Below are positions 1 to 10,288 of a stretch of 32,000 nt of DNA, one piece after another. Origin of the DNA: Zygophlyctis sp. KS116 (Eukaryota > Fungi > Chytridiomycota); the NCBI GenBank assembly GCA_054661495.1, contig BAAFSQ010000035.1, positions 26,680 to 58,679 on the forward strand, given 5' to 3'. The position numbers and the translations under genes are program-made. How positions within the stretch are numbered: position 1 is the first letter of the stretch; each line of letters opens with the position of its first letter. The notes under the pieces are model-generated. The model had not been told where the DNA came from and searched no databases. It worked only from the letters and a program-made list of their open reading frames with translations.

Positions 1-1345
1 CCATTTAATGTTCAGAAAGTTTTAAATTCTGCAGTTACTACATTAAGGCTCTTTCCAGGAATTTCTGAATCAACTCTTAGAGCTTTTCTTTCTGTTCCTG
101 AAATTAGTGGGGTAGTGTTGGAAACGTTTGGATCAGGAAATGCTCCCAATAATCGTCCAGAGCTCTTAAGTGTTCTAAAGAAAGCTTCGGATATGGGGAT
201 AGTCATTGTTAATTGCTCGCAATGCAAAAGAGGGTTGGTTTCGGACTTGTATGCTACTGGAAGGGCGCTTTCTGAAATTGGGATTGTCCCGGGAAGTGAT
301 ATGACTTCTGAATGTGCGCTGACAAAATTGGCTTACTTGCTTGGGAAATATCCTCAACAGCCCGCAAAGGTGCGACTACTCATGCGCTCTAATTTACGTG
401 GTGAACTAACTATTCCAGAAGTAAAACAGCAATTTACATATTTTGTCTCCCATGGGCTTGCATCTTCGATCAAGATTCTGATGGGAAAAAACACTTTAAA
501 TGAATTAGAAGGAGAAAGTCAATCTGCTACTTTGGAAAAATCATTAGTTCCCATGGTAAACTTTTATTCTTGAAACGTAGGTATTATGCCTTGCTGCTAG
601 GACTGGTGATGTGAATGCTATCCAATCCACGGCTACGCATTATCCTCATCTCATAAATGCAGTCGATTATGATAAAAGAACTCCATTGCATATTGCCTGC
701 TCAGAGGGGCAGTTACCGTAATATTTCTTTTCATAAAATTTAGTGCTGTAAAATGTCTATTGAAATTGGGAGCTAGTATTTTTGCTAGAGACAGATTTGA
801 TTGCACTCCTCTAAGAGATGCAATTAAATTTGGTCATTTTCCGACAGTGAAAATTCTTTTGTCTGCAGGTGCACATATATCAGATTTAGAAGCTGCAGAA
901 GTTACAAATGAAATGATGACATATATTGGTTTAGGTGATCTATTTAGAATTCAAATGTTTGTTGAATCAGGTGCCAACGTCAACTTACCATGGGTCGATA
1001 GCCGGACGCCTTTGCATTTAGCGGCAAGTGAAAATCAAATAGAGATTGTAAGATATATTATTGATATAGCGATGAACTGTCATCATCATAATTTTTCTCC
1101 TATTAGATCTGGGATCGAATTTGAGATAGGAAATACTCAAAAAAATATTTGTCCGATTAATTTAGTAAGAGTTATAAATTAAAAAATTAGGAACCTCTAG
1201 ACAAATATGGAAAGACTCCTCGCGGTAATATAACCAATATTTTAATTTGTAAGATTATGCAGCAAAAAATTTGGATGCAGGAAAAGAAATTGTCATTCTT
1301 TTGGAAAATGCAATTAAAAGATTATGCAAAACTTTCAAGGGCTAG
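1..1345 (+). CDS. ASPG: L-asparaginase/60-kDa lysophospholipase with C-terminal ankyrin repeats (5' end lies outside the window)
   Basis: Frame 1 is open from base 1: LRLFPGI..GVVLETFGSGNAP..IVNCSQC..GSDMTSECALTKLAYLL (asparaginase C-domain). Ankyrin motifs follow (DYDKRTPLHIAC, DRFDCTPLRDA, DSRTPLHLAA). GT-AG introns 556-580, 718-743, 1165-1190, 1225-1253; TAG at 1343-1345. Confidence 0.9.
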
Positions 1346-1354
1346 CGTTTGTAG

Positions 1355-2650
1355 ATGAAAATACAACTCTACACAGATCAGCTCCAGGAATTGCATTCTC
1401 TGGTAAATGCTGCTCAGGATAGAAAGTTTAATATTCTGATCAAAGGGGAAAAAGGAATCGGGGAATCTCTAAAGTATATTTCTTTGATTAAAAGAGTAGG
1501 CAGCATTTAACTTTTGATTTTGAAGTCTTGAAAATAGAATCAATTTATATTCAAAAGCAAATTTCAGATGATCAAAGACTCAAGCCATGCATTATTTTGG
1601 AAAATTTACATTTTTTAACCTCGGGTAGATAACTTCAACTAAATTTCAACAGGATACAATAATGATCCCATCGCTATTAAAAATATTATTGGCATCATAA
1701 AATCTCTCAAAGGATTCATTATTGGTACTACGATAGTTGACTTGCCTACAGATCTGATGGAAATGTTTTATTTTAGGGTTGATTTCCCACTCCCATCACC
1801 AGCACAAAGATCAGAATTGATTCAGATAAATCTCACAGAAATCAACATGCATGTAGATCCAAAAGATATGCAGGATCTTATAGATGTATGACAGGGAAAA
1901 TTAAATTAAATTAGAAATCAGATGGATTATCAACCAGTCAAATCATAGAATCATTTAAAATTTTAAATCAAACCCACTTAAATTGTCAAAAAGAAGATGA
2001 TTTAGAAAATGATACAAATGGCAATATTCTTAATTTGAAAATCATATTGGAAGAGTACTACAGACCCCACACCAAAAATTTGGTAAAGCTTCCGAACGTA
2101 TCTATTCCAAAGGTTGAAAAACACATTATCGAGCGGCTGGAAAAATTAATCATAGGCTTTTCAAAGAACTTTAAGAATTTTAACAAAATTGGTGTTAACT
2201 TGCCGGGTGGAATATTATTACACGGGCCAGCTGGCGTAGGGAAGACTAGATTAGCTCTACATCTATTGAAGAAATGGAACTTGAATGTATTGAGTGCTAA
2301 ACCAAGTCAAATATTTTCAAAATATTTATCAGAATCTGAAAATAATATTGTTAATCTTTTCAAAAAAGCTTCTGAATGCACTCCATGTGTTATATTTCTT
2401 GACGAAATTGATGTATATGGATGTAAAAGAGGTATATTTTTAATTTTTTCAGCTATTAGATATTGAAAATAAGGGTTCAAATGTTAATGCTCGTATTTTG
2501 TCTACTCTTTTAAATGAAATGGATGGAATCGGGATTAAAAGGGATATTTTAGTGCTTGGAACTTGCAGTGATATTAAAAGATGCGATGATGCATTACTTA
2601 GGCCGGGGAGATTAGATGTTTTAATTCGAATAGATGAAATAAAGAATTGA
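1355..2650 (+). CDS. Divergent CDC48/AFG2-family AAA+ ATPase (degenerate D1, D2 ending just after the SRH)
   Basis: D2 has Walker A GPAGVGKT, Walker B IFLDEID, RILSTLLNEMDG and DDALLRPGRLD. D1 has a P-loop-like GEKGIGES. Introns 1474-1499, 1625-1652, 1886-1914, 2432-2459; TGA at 2648-2650. The start at 1355 is inferred. Confidence 0.75.
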
Positions 2651-2669
2651 GCAACTGCATCACTATTTA

Positions 2670-5600
2670 TTATGCTTTATGCTTTGCTAAAATGGCCATT
2701 GCCAGAACTTTGATTTCCGATCCTTCGCTTAATTTGACTACACCATCTAAACCGTCAACAGAAATTAAAACTCCTAATTGACCTCTGTACTCTCCTCCTA
2801 CAATTTTGACAACATCTCTCCTCTCCGGAGGCACTAATTCCAAGCAGCTACATGAGAGCATTGATGTGTCTCCATTGTATAATTTGACAGTCACTTTTCC
2901 GCTAGATTGGTCAATCTCCTTAATAACACCGTGGATTCCTTCAAGCGATTCATCTCCTACGCTTGAACTAACCTTGATTTCAATATCAGTGGTAATCCAG
3001 TCTTGCATAGAACCTAAGACATATTAATTTTATAAAAAATACCTGGCACATGAGAGTCATCATTTGGAACAAATGGCGTAGCTGCTGAAATAGGTACAGA
3101 AGGCATGTTCGGATAAAAGCTGGAAGCTGGTGTAGCTTGATTATATGGTGTAGCTGCATCCCATCCATTTGATGATACAGCTGGAGTTGTGGGGTTGAGA
3201 GGTGTATCGGCTCTAAATATTAGTATCGTTGATTTTCAAACATACAGGGCACTATATTGATTAGATGCCATTCCAGTATTATTATCCATGCGTTCGGTAA
3301 ACGGTGTATTACCCGAACCCCATACTGATGTAGCACCTCCACCAGGAGTCTTACTACTGGCATCCCATGCAGGGGTTTTAGCATCTCTGGCCATTGGAGT
3401 CTTGGCTCCACCATGCATTGGAGTAGCAGCTCCCCAGCCAGTTGCCCGATCATTGTCTTGTGTATATCGCTGCGTTCTTTCGCTTTGCTCATCCAAGATT
3501 CTGAGCTTGTCCATATCTACATTTACAATTTTTGAATTAGCCATTAGTTCAACTCTTGCCAAACTATCGGTAGCATGCTTAACAATTCCTTTATATCCTT
3601 TGAAGGGACCTTTAATTATAGAGACCCTACTGTTCATTCTAACCATTGGGCCACCACGCCCACGATTTCCTCCTGAAGATCGAGCTCCCCGAGAATTGTT
3701 ATTATAGCCAGAGCTCATTCTATCATTGTTATTCTTAACCCCGTGAACAACCACCGACTCCGAGGTTGTTACATAATTTCCTCTATTTTCTGGTATTTCA
3801 ATAGATCTCAAGAAAACACTTCGACGAAAGACTGCCATAACTGTCGCTTTTTTCCGATAAACAATTGGAGGGCCATCAATAATCTGTACAATATCATTGA
3901 TACCAAATAAAATTCCATTCTTGTCTGTTCCAACAGCTTTCTTAATTTCATTTCTGGGTCGAACTTCCTGGGGTTTAACATTGACTATATTTCCATCCTG
4001 AGTAAGAACAGTCAAAGAATCCTTTTCTACGTTCAGAATCATACCAACTTCGTGGATTCTAATCATAAGTATTATAAAACTATTACGATAGCTGAACAAA
4101 ATCATCAATGCTATATTGACCCCCAGACACCTCGCCAGTTGTAATTTCAGTTGCAGCCTTCAAATCTTTGGAAAACACAGATATCTAAAAAGTTAAGACA
4201 GAATAACTTACTGGCTTTAAATCTGCATCTGAAAGAATACTGGTGACATTATTTTCAATATTAATAACAAGCCCAGTGACCCCCTTGTAGATACCCGAAG
4301 CAACCTTAACATGAGCACCCACTTCAAACTTCTTTCTTAATTCTATTGCTGGAAACGGAATAGGCTCATTGAATCCAAAAGATGCATCCGGGAGTATTGT
4401 TACAACACCATTTTGTACAGATTGAACAGTTCCTTTGACGTTTTTCAGTTCTCCTACCAAAACCTCTACATTTTCTCCGATTTGGAAATCTTCAACAGTG
4501 GCCGCGGCCACAGCACCAAGCAAGGCTACATCATCGGTTCCTTCCTCAACTACACCGCCAGAGAATGCAGTGACCTCCTCCAAAGTCGGATTAATATTCT
4601 CTGTTTGGAGAGAAATCACCTTCATTGATTTTTCAAGATATCCTTCTCGAGTATAAAAATCATTCTGATAGTAGAATCCTCCATCACGAGCTTCACATTC
4701 TCTATTTGACTCAAAGTCTCTATAATTAAATAGTTTTTGAGGAGGCCTTTGTTCAGCCTTTTTCCTTTTGGGACCTCCAAAAGAATCAATTCTAGGCATC
4801 AACTTGATTGTCACATTTTCAGCAGAGTCAATATTTAAGATTTGACCCAAATCTCCTGAATACTTTCCTCTTCGAACTCTAACCCAAGCTCCTAGAACCA
4901 GTTCTTTTTCTTTCGACTTGATCGTCAAACATTGAGTCATTTCATTCACCGGAACAATTTTGATACTATTTGAATATACATTCATAATTCCCTGAACTGA
5001 ATCCTTTATCCTATCTAGATTATCCCCCTCCACATAAATATAACCCGGTATTCCATTTCTAAAAAATGCCGAGTGAATCTTTAATGCATTTGATCCCGAC
5101 TCTAAGCTTAAATATTTCTTTGTTAAATTAAAGATGATATCCTTTTCCTTTCCAGCTTTACACTTGACCATTGCTAATTTTGGATCTCTGACACCTGGAA
5201 TCAAAACATTTTGAGGAACTGCTTCCTTATCCCCGCGAAAGACCCCATAATCTGATCTCGAGTATCTCTCTTTCAACTGAGCTGCTAATTCTTCCGCATC
5301 CAAATCATCTTCTTTCTGAAACTGCATATCTAATTTTCGATGCCTTCCTTTATCTAGATAACTCTTTTCCATTTCATCCAGTTCCTCTTTATCAGCCTCT
5401 GGACCTTCATCATCTTCATCCTAAAATTTAAGTTTTTCAAGTTTACAAATTCCTCATCTTCATCATCATCAACTGCAGCTTCTTCTTCAATAAACGGATT
5501 CAATCTTCGCCGTTTCTTTTTTTTCTTGACCGTCTGTTCATTAGTATTTTTTACTTTTACCAAATCTTCTTCTTCTTCATCATCTTCAGAAAGTGCCCCT

Positions 5601-5749
5601 TCTTCTTCATCATCTTCTTGTTCTTCTTGTTCTTCATCTGGCTCTTCATCGTCCTGCTGCTGTTCCTGATCGTCATCTTCCAACTCTTCTTCTGATACTT
5701 CAGAGCGTCCATCAGACAAATGATCTTTTTCATCATCAAATAAATTCAT
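2670..5749 (-). CDS. SPT5: Transcription elongation factor Spt5
   Basis: Acidic N-terminus, NPFIEEEAAVDDDE, NGN domain (PGVRDPKL..VKCKAGKEK..PGYIYVE), multiple KOW motifs (GKYSGDLG, GPFKGYKG), TP-rich CTR and C-terminal KOWs. Introns 5534-5560 (in-frame, uncertain), 5421-5446, 4185-4211, 4059-4086, 3213-3245, 3014-3042. Confidence 0.96.
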
Positions 5750-5835
5750 TTCTTTTCAGTTGAAAACCCTAAAAAAACTAAAACATTTGTGCACTTGTGG
5801 GAATTGAACTCGCGATCTGTGACTTAAAAAAGAAA
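5750..5835. promoter_or_regulatory. Putative 86-bp bidirectional promoter between SPT5 and the ankyrin gene, with a telomere-like AAACCCTAA element
   Basis: Divergent ATGs at 5749 and 5836; aaaccctaa at 5764-5772. Confidence 0.4.
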
Positions 5836-7566
5836 ATGTTCAAAATCCAACAATTTCCAATGGAAATTACCATTGATATTATTGAGAAATTAAGATTGAT
5901 TGATTCTCTACAGTTTTGTGAAGCTCTAAATCTCTCAAAGGAAATTGCACTTCAGTATCATGATTATTCAATAAGCCAAACTGATGTCATTGAATTTCTC
6001 GAGGGTTGCCATCCGCTGACGGCGAAGATATGTGAAACGCTGATTCGGAATAAAAAGTTTGATTTAGAAGAATACTCCATCGACAAGGTTCTGTGTGTTA
6101 CAGGAACTCAAAATCTTGAACTAATCTATCGTATTTTATCAGGCTTTATCGAAAAAGGTGAAGATGGGTCAGAGGTTGCATTTAAATTTGCTATTTCTTG
6201 TGGGTTTCCAGAAGTAGTGAAATTTATAGTGTTGGAAACAAATTTGAATATTTCTGTAAACAATAATGAAGCAATTAGAATTGCATGTCGGAATGGAAAT
6301 CATGAAATAGTAGAATTTCTTTTGACAAGAAAAAATGTGGATCCATCAGCATGTAAGAATGAAGCAATCATTAATGCTTGTAAAAATGGACACACAAAAG
6401 TCGTAGAGTTACTTCTCGCAATGAAAAAAGTGGATCCATCAGCCCAGAAAAATAAAGCAATTATTAGTGCATCTCGAAATGGTCACTTAGATGTAATCAA
6501 GCTGCTCCTTGCAGACAAAAGAGTTGGTCCGGCAGATCGGAATGATAGAGCTATTGTTAAAGCTGCACGGAATGGGAATTATGATGTTGTTAAGCTCCTT
6601 GTTTCAGACAAAAGAGTAGATAAAAGAAATTTGGCAATCATTCATGCATCGCAAAATGGTCATCTCAAGGTTGTTGAACTCTTGCTTTCAGATATTGAAA
6701 GTTATGACTTTGTTGAGAAAAGCAAGGCAATCATTTGCGCATCCGAAAATAGACAAATGGAAATTCTTGAAATGCTGCTTCAAGATAAGAGATTGGATCC
6801 TTCAGCCTACAAAAATGAAGCAATTATTGTTGCTTGCAAAGTTGGACATCTTGAAATTATGGAAATCCTTCTTTCAGATAAGAGAGTGGATCCTTCAGAC
6901 CAGAATAATCAAGCTATTGGCTGGGGGTCTAGTTACGGAAATGTGGCAGTGGTTGAAAGGCTGCTTTTGGACTCTAGAGTTGATCCTGCAGATAGAAATA
7001 ATCAAGCAATTATTAACGCATCTAGAAATGGACACAAAGAAGTTTTGAAGATCCTTTTACGAGATAAGCGAATCGATCCATCAGCTCAGGACAATGAAGC
7101 AATTATAACTGCATCTGAAAACGGATATGCTGAAATTGTTGAACTTCTTCTTTCAGATAAGCGAGTTGATCCATCAGCTCAGATGAATGAAGCGATTAGA
7201 ACTGCATCTGAAAACGGATATGCTGAAATTGTTGATCATCTTCTTTCAGATAAGCGAGTTGATCCATCAGCAAATGAAAATCAAGCTATTATTAGCGCAT
7301 CTAAAAAGGGCCATGTTAAGATTGTTCAGCTTCTCTTATCGGACAACCGAATAGATCCATCGGCTCGTGATAATCAAGCGATTATAAGTGCATCTAAAGA
7401 TGGATATACTGAAATCGTTGATCTTCTTCTTTCGCATGATAGAGTCGATCCATCTGCCCGAAAAAATCTTGCTATAGATCTTGCATCTAAATATGGCCAT
7501 GCGAATATTGTTGAAAGACTTAAATTAGACAAAAGATTAGATCTATCAGGGTTGAAGAATATTTGA
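5836..7566 (+). CDS. Intronless ankyrin-repeat protein (about 14 repeats of 31 aa, DPSAxxNxAIxxASxNGHxEIVxLLLxDKRV) with an F-box-like N-terminus
   Basis: Single ORF, first ATG at 5836. The repeats are obvious in the translation. The N-terminus IQQFPMEITIDIIEKL resembles the F-box LxxLPxEIxxxIxxxL pattern. Confidence 0.88.
   Translation: MFKIQQFPMEITIDIIEKLRLIDSLQFCEALNLSKEIALQYHDYSISQTDVIEFLEGCHPLTAKICETLIRNKKFDLEEYSIDKVLCVTGTQNLELIYRILSGFIEKGEDGSEVAFKFAISCGFPEVVKFIVLETNLNISVNNNEAIRIACRNGNHEIVEFLLTRKNVDPSACKNEAIINACKNGHTKVVELLLAMKKVDPSAQKNKAIISASRNGHLDVIKLLLADKRVGPADRNDRAIVKAARNGNYDVVKLLVSDKRVDKRNLAIIHASQNGHLKVVELLLSDIESYDFVEKSKAIICASENRQMEILEMLLQDKRLDPSAYKNEAIIVACKVGHLEIMEILLSDKRVDPSDQNNQAIGWGSSYGNVAVVERLLLDSRVDPADRNNQAIINASRNGHKEVLKILLRDKRIDPSAQDNEAIITASENGYAEIVELLLSDKRVDPSAQMNEAIRTASENGYAEIVDHLLSDKRVDPSANENQAIISASKKGHVKIVQLLLSDNRIDPSARDNQAIISASKDGYTEIVDLLLSHDRVDPSARKNLAIDLASKYGHANIVERLKLDKRLDLSGLKNI
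7075..7260 (+). repeat. Two tandem 93-bp ankyrin-coding units, near identical
   Basis: 7075-7167 and 7168-7260 differ at 7 of 93 positions by manual alignment. Confidence 0.9.
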
Positions 7567-7696
7567 TTTGAAAGAGATAAATACAAGATTGTTTAATTGA
7601 ATCTTAACTCAAATAATTGATCAGCACATCAACGTCCTTAAAAAGGTTAATAATGATCATTATTACTTTTCGTAAAATAATGTTTTTGCGTGCTTC

Positions 7697-7750
7697 AGTA
7701 GATTATGTCATTCGAGTAGATGATGTCATTCGGGTAGATTATGCCGTTCG
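7697..7750. repeat. Intergenic 18-bp tandem repeat x3
   Basis: agtagattatgtcattcg / agtagatgatgtcattcg / ggtagattatgccgttcg. Confidence 0.9.
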
Positions 7751-7828
7751 GAAGCGATTGAAGCCTTTGTTTTAAATATTTGGGTAATCGTAATTTAATT
7801 CTAGAAGAAGAAGCATTGAATTAACAAT

Positions 7829-8899
7829 ATGAAAATAAGATCCAAAACATTACTCAAGATTGTGGGGGCTTTCTTTGGATGCATTTCACTAATACTATTG
7901 GCAGGAAGTGATTATGATAATCATTTCGGGTTTGGATCAAAATCCAAAAAATTGAAAGAGAAATTGGACCTGATCAATGAATTAAGGAAAAGAAAGGAAT
8001 CAACGACGCTGCAATCTGCGCTTTTAGCATCCACATCCCATAAATTCATTAAAGGAACTAAAATTCCTGCGATCATTCACCAAACATGGAAAACAAAAGA
8101 TTTTGAAAACGGTGAAATAACAATAGCCACTACAAAATGGAAAAAACTTGCGAAAAATCATTTATATTTGCTGTGGGATGATAATGATGTTGCATCTTTT
8201 ATTAAAACCATGTATCCCAAACTCAATCAAATGTTTTTTGAATTGCCAGTCATTCTAAGAGCAGATTTATTTCGTTATCTTGTGGTTTATGAATTTGGTG
8301 GAATATATTCGGACATTGACACCGTTCCTTTGAAGCCATTAGAAAGTTGGATAAGACCTTTAGAAAGCTGGAAAACTTCAGATACTGAGCAAATGTCTAA
8401 GAGGGACTCAATCTCAGATGAAGATCAATTTAAGGATATATCATTCATTGTCGGCTTAGAAATCGATCTGCCAAGAAATTTTGAGGAAAGTGTTCTCGAG
8501 TATGCGGGCTGGGTGTATCCCATGCAACTATGCCAATGGACTTTTGCAGCCTCCCCAAGATACCCTTTTCTAGGGAATCTAATCGATTCAATTATTAAAA
8601 ACATCAAAAGAGAAAAAATCGCTAAGAGGCCTTCAAATATGTTTGTTCTTAATGTTACAGGGCCTGGAGCATGGACTAGAGCCATTTACGAATCATGGAA
8701 GGAATCTGGATTTGATCCTAATGATTTCAGAGAATTTGGATCGTCTCCGAAAATCATTAAAGATCAATTGATACTTCCATTGACAGCATTTAATCCAGGA
8801 ATGTTCTGGGATTTTCTTGGATCATCAATGGGATCAATGAATGTGACTCATCCAAACTCTCTTGTGCAAAATTTATATCATGGGAGTTGGAAAAAATGA
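7829..8899 (+). CDS. OCH1: OCH1/HOC1-like alpha-1,6-mannosyltransferase (GT32), type II membrane protein, intronless
   Basis: N-terminal TM anchor; IPAIIHQTWK; LRADLFRYLVVYEFGGIYSDIDT (DxD); QLCQWTFA; TGPGAWT; HGSWK. Confidence 0.85.
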   Translation: MKIRSKTLLKIVGAFFGCISLILLAGSDYDNHFGFGSKSKKLKEKLDLINELRKRKESTTLQSALLASTSHKFIKGTKIPAIIHQTWKTKDFENGEITIATTKWKKLAKNHLYLLWDDNDVASFIKTMYPKLNQMFFELPVILRADLFRYLVVYEFGGIYSDIDTVPLKPLESWIRPLESWKTSDTEQMSKRDSISDEDQFKDISFIVGLEIDLPRNFEESVLEYAGWVYPMQLCQWTFAASPRYPFLGNLIDSIIKNIKREKIAKRPSNMFVLNVTGPGAWTRAIYESWKESGFDPNDFREFGSSPKIIKDQLILPLTAFNPGMFWDFLGSSMGSMNVTHPNSLVQNLYHGSWKK

Positions 8900-8951
8900 A
8901 TCACGTTGAATATTGTCATAAATTAGAAAAAGCATAAAACACAATATAATA

Positions 8952-9744
8952 TCAATGAAAAAGTTTTCTATACGGAGTTCCATTTGCAAAATTAAACTTC
9001 TGCTGCACCTTTTCCATAATACTTGAATTTTCCTTTTCATGATTTCCATTAAATACTGAAACTTTTCTTAGAGGTGATCCAGTTTTAGGAAGATACGCTC
9101 TAGATCTTTGTCTTAGTATGAGATTTAATACATTCTTTTCTTTGCCTCTTCCCCAGCCTTTTCAATAGCAATTTTCCTTGATTTATTCCGAGTAACAACA
9201 CCATCAATAATTAGAGGTATCTTATCAGAACACTTTTTACTTAAATAAGATGCTCTTGGAGACCTATTCAAGAATTATTTTAAAATAAAATTACATGTAT
9301 GAATCAATCACATTCCTTTTAAAACTTGACAATTCCTCTAAAACACTAGACATCCCACCACTATTATTATCTATATTAGCTGATCCCTTTGTAGTTTCTT
9401 TCAGCTGTCTTGTCTGAACCGGAATCAAGCTTGGTTGTGGAGGTGGTGGGGGAGCCAAGTTACAAGGTCTTGCTGGCGTAGACCTACTCCTGTTTGGCAT
9501 ATTTAAAAGAGTATTGAGTTTAGAGTCTAAAAGAGACATTTTAGACTTTTTTTTAAAAAGTTTATATGGATACCTTTTGTGAAAGTATACCAATTAACAC
9601 GAGAAAATTTAAAATAAATAGTGATACAATACAAATTAAAGTAAAATCATATTTTGCTGAATAAATCTTTGAGATATATCCTGAAATTTCTTTTAAATAG
9701 AATCCAAATATTTCTAATACACTCTTTGGCATTTGTTTGAGCAT
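8952..9744 (-). CDS. Hypothetical protein with an N-terminal TM helix, a polyproline tract and a WH2-like helix
   Basis: ATG at 9744. Introns 9546-9573, 9264-9294 and 9106-9131 join four exons into one open frame ending TGA at 8952-8954. FTLICIVSLFILNFLVLIGIL, then PPPPPQP, then MSSVLEELSSFKRN. Confidence 0.7.
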
Positions 9745-9770
9745 TATAGACGCGAACAAGATTAAAAATT

Positions 9771-10288
9771 TTAATTCGTTAAATCAAACTCCAAAACTTG
9801 ATCATTACTAAAATCATTAAAGTCCAAAAGTCCATTTTGTAACCATTCAAACTTGAAAAATCCAATCTAGAGAATTAAATTAAAATTCATACTTTTGCCA
9901 ATGCTTTACCATGCACAAGACCCATACATACAGGACCATAATCCCTAGAATCCCTAGAAAATCTTAAATTATCACCAACAATCCATAATTTCCCTTTAGG
10001 AACTCTAATTCTTTCAGATTCAGGATCAAAAGGATCTATTTTTACAACATCCCCTTCCATTCCAATAATCCTTTTTAAAACTAATTTATGAGGTTCTATC
10101 GGACTAATAGCAGAGATAACATCTCCAACTGCAATCTTATCTTTTTGGAATTTCTGTAATAAAACAAAATCTCCCAAAATATCAAAAGTAGGAATCATGG
10201 AAGCGCCAATGGTAGGAGCAATTTCATACAACTGATCCTTGATAATGAATGCAGTTGCAAAGACTGTGGCAATTCTTGGCCAAGACAT
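9771..10288 (-). CDS. IMP1: Mitochondrial inner membrane peptidase subunit 1 (peptidase S26)
   Basis: GASMIPT (catalytic Ser), LKRIIGMEGD (catalytic Lys), VPKGKLWIVGDN..SRDSRDYGPV. Intron 9867-9892; TAA at 9771-9773. Confidence 0.88.

Noticed and set aside
3288-3707. 139-aa plus-strand ORF, and similar ORFs at 2806, 4413, 4435, 28695, 29395, 29680, 30091
   Set aside because: Antisense shadows of SPT5, cyclin and kinesin exons with no recognisable motifs.
5560-5700. (TCT/TCA)n simple repeats
   Set aside because: They encode the normal acidic Asp/Glu N-terminus of Spt5.
6644-7048. 134-aa alternative-frame ORF within the ankyrin gene
   Set aside because: Out-of-frame by-product of the repetitive coding sequence.
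7697-7750. CRISPR-like array
   Set aside because: The units are directly adjacent with no spacers, only 18 bp long and degenerate. The context is eukaryotic with no cas genes.
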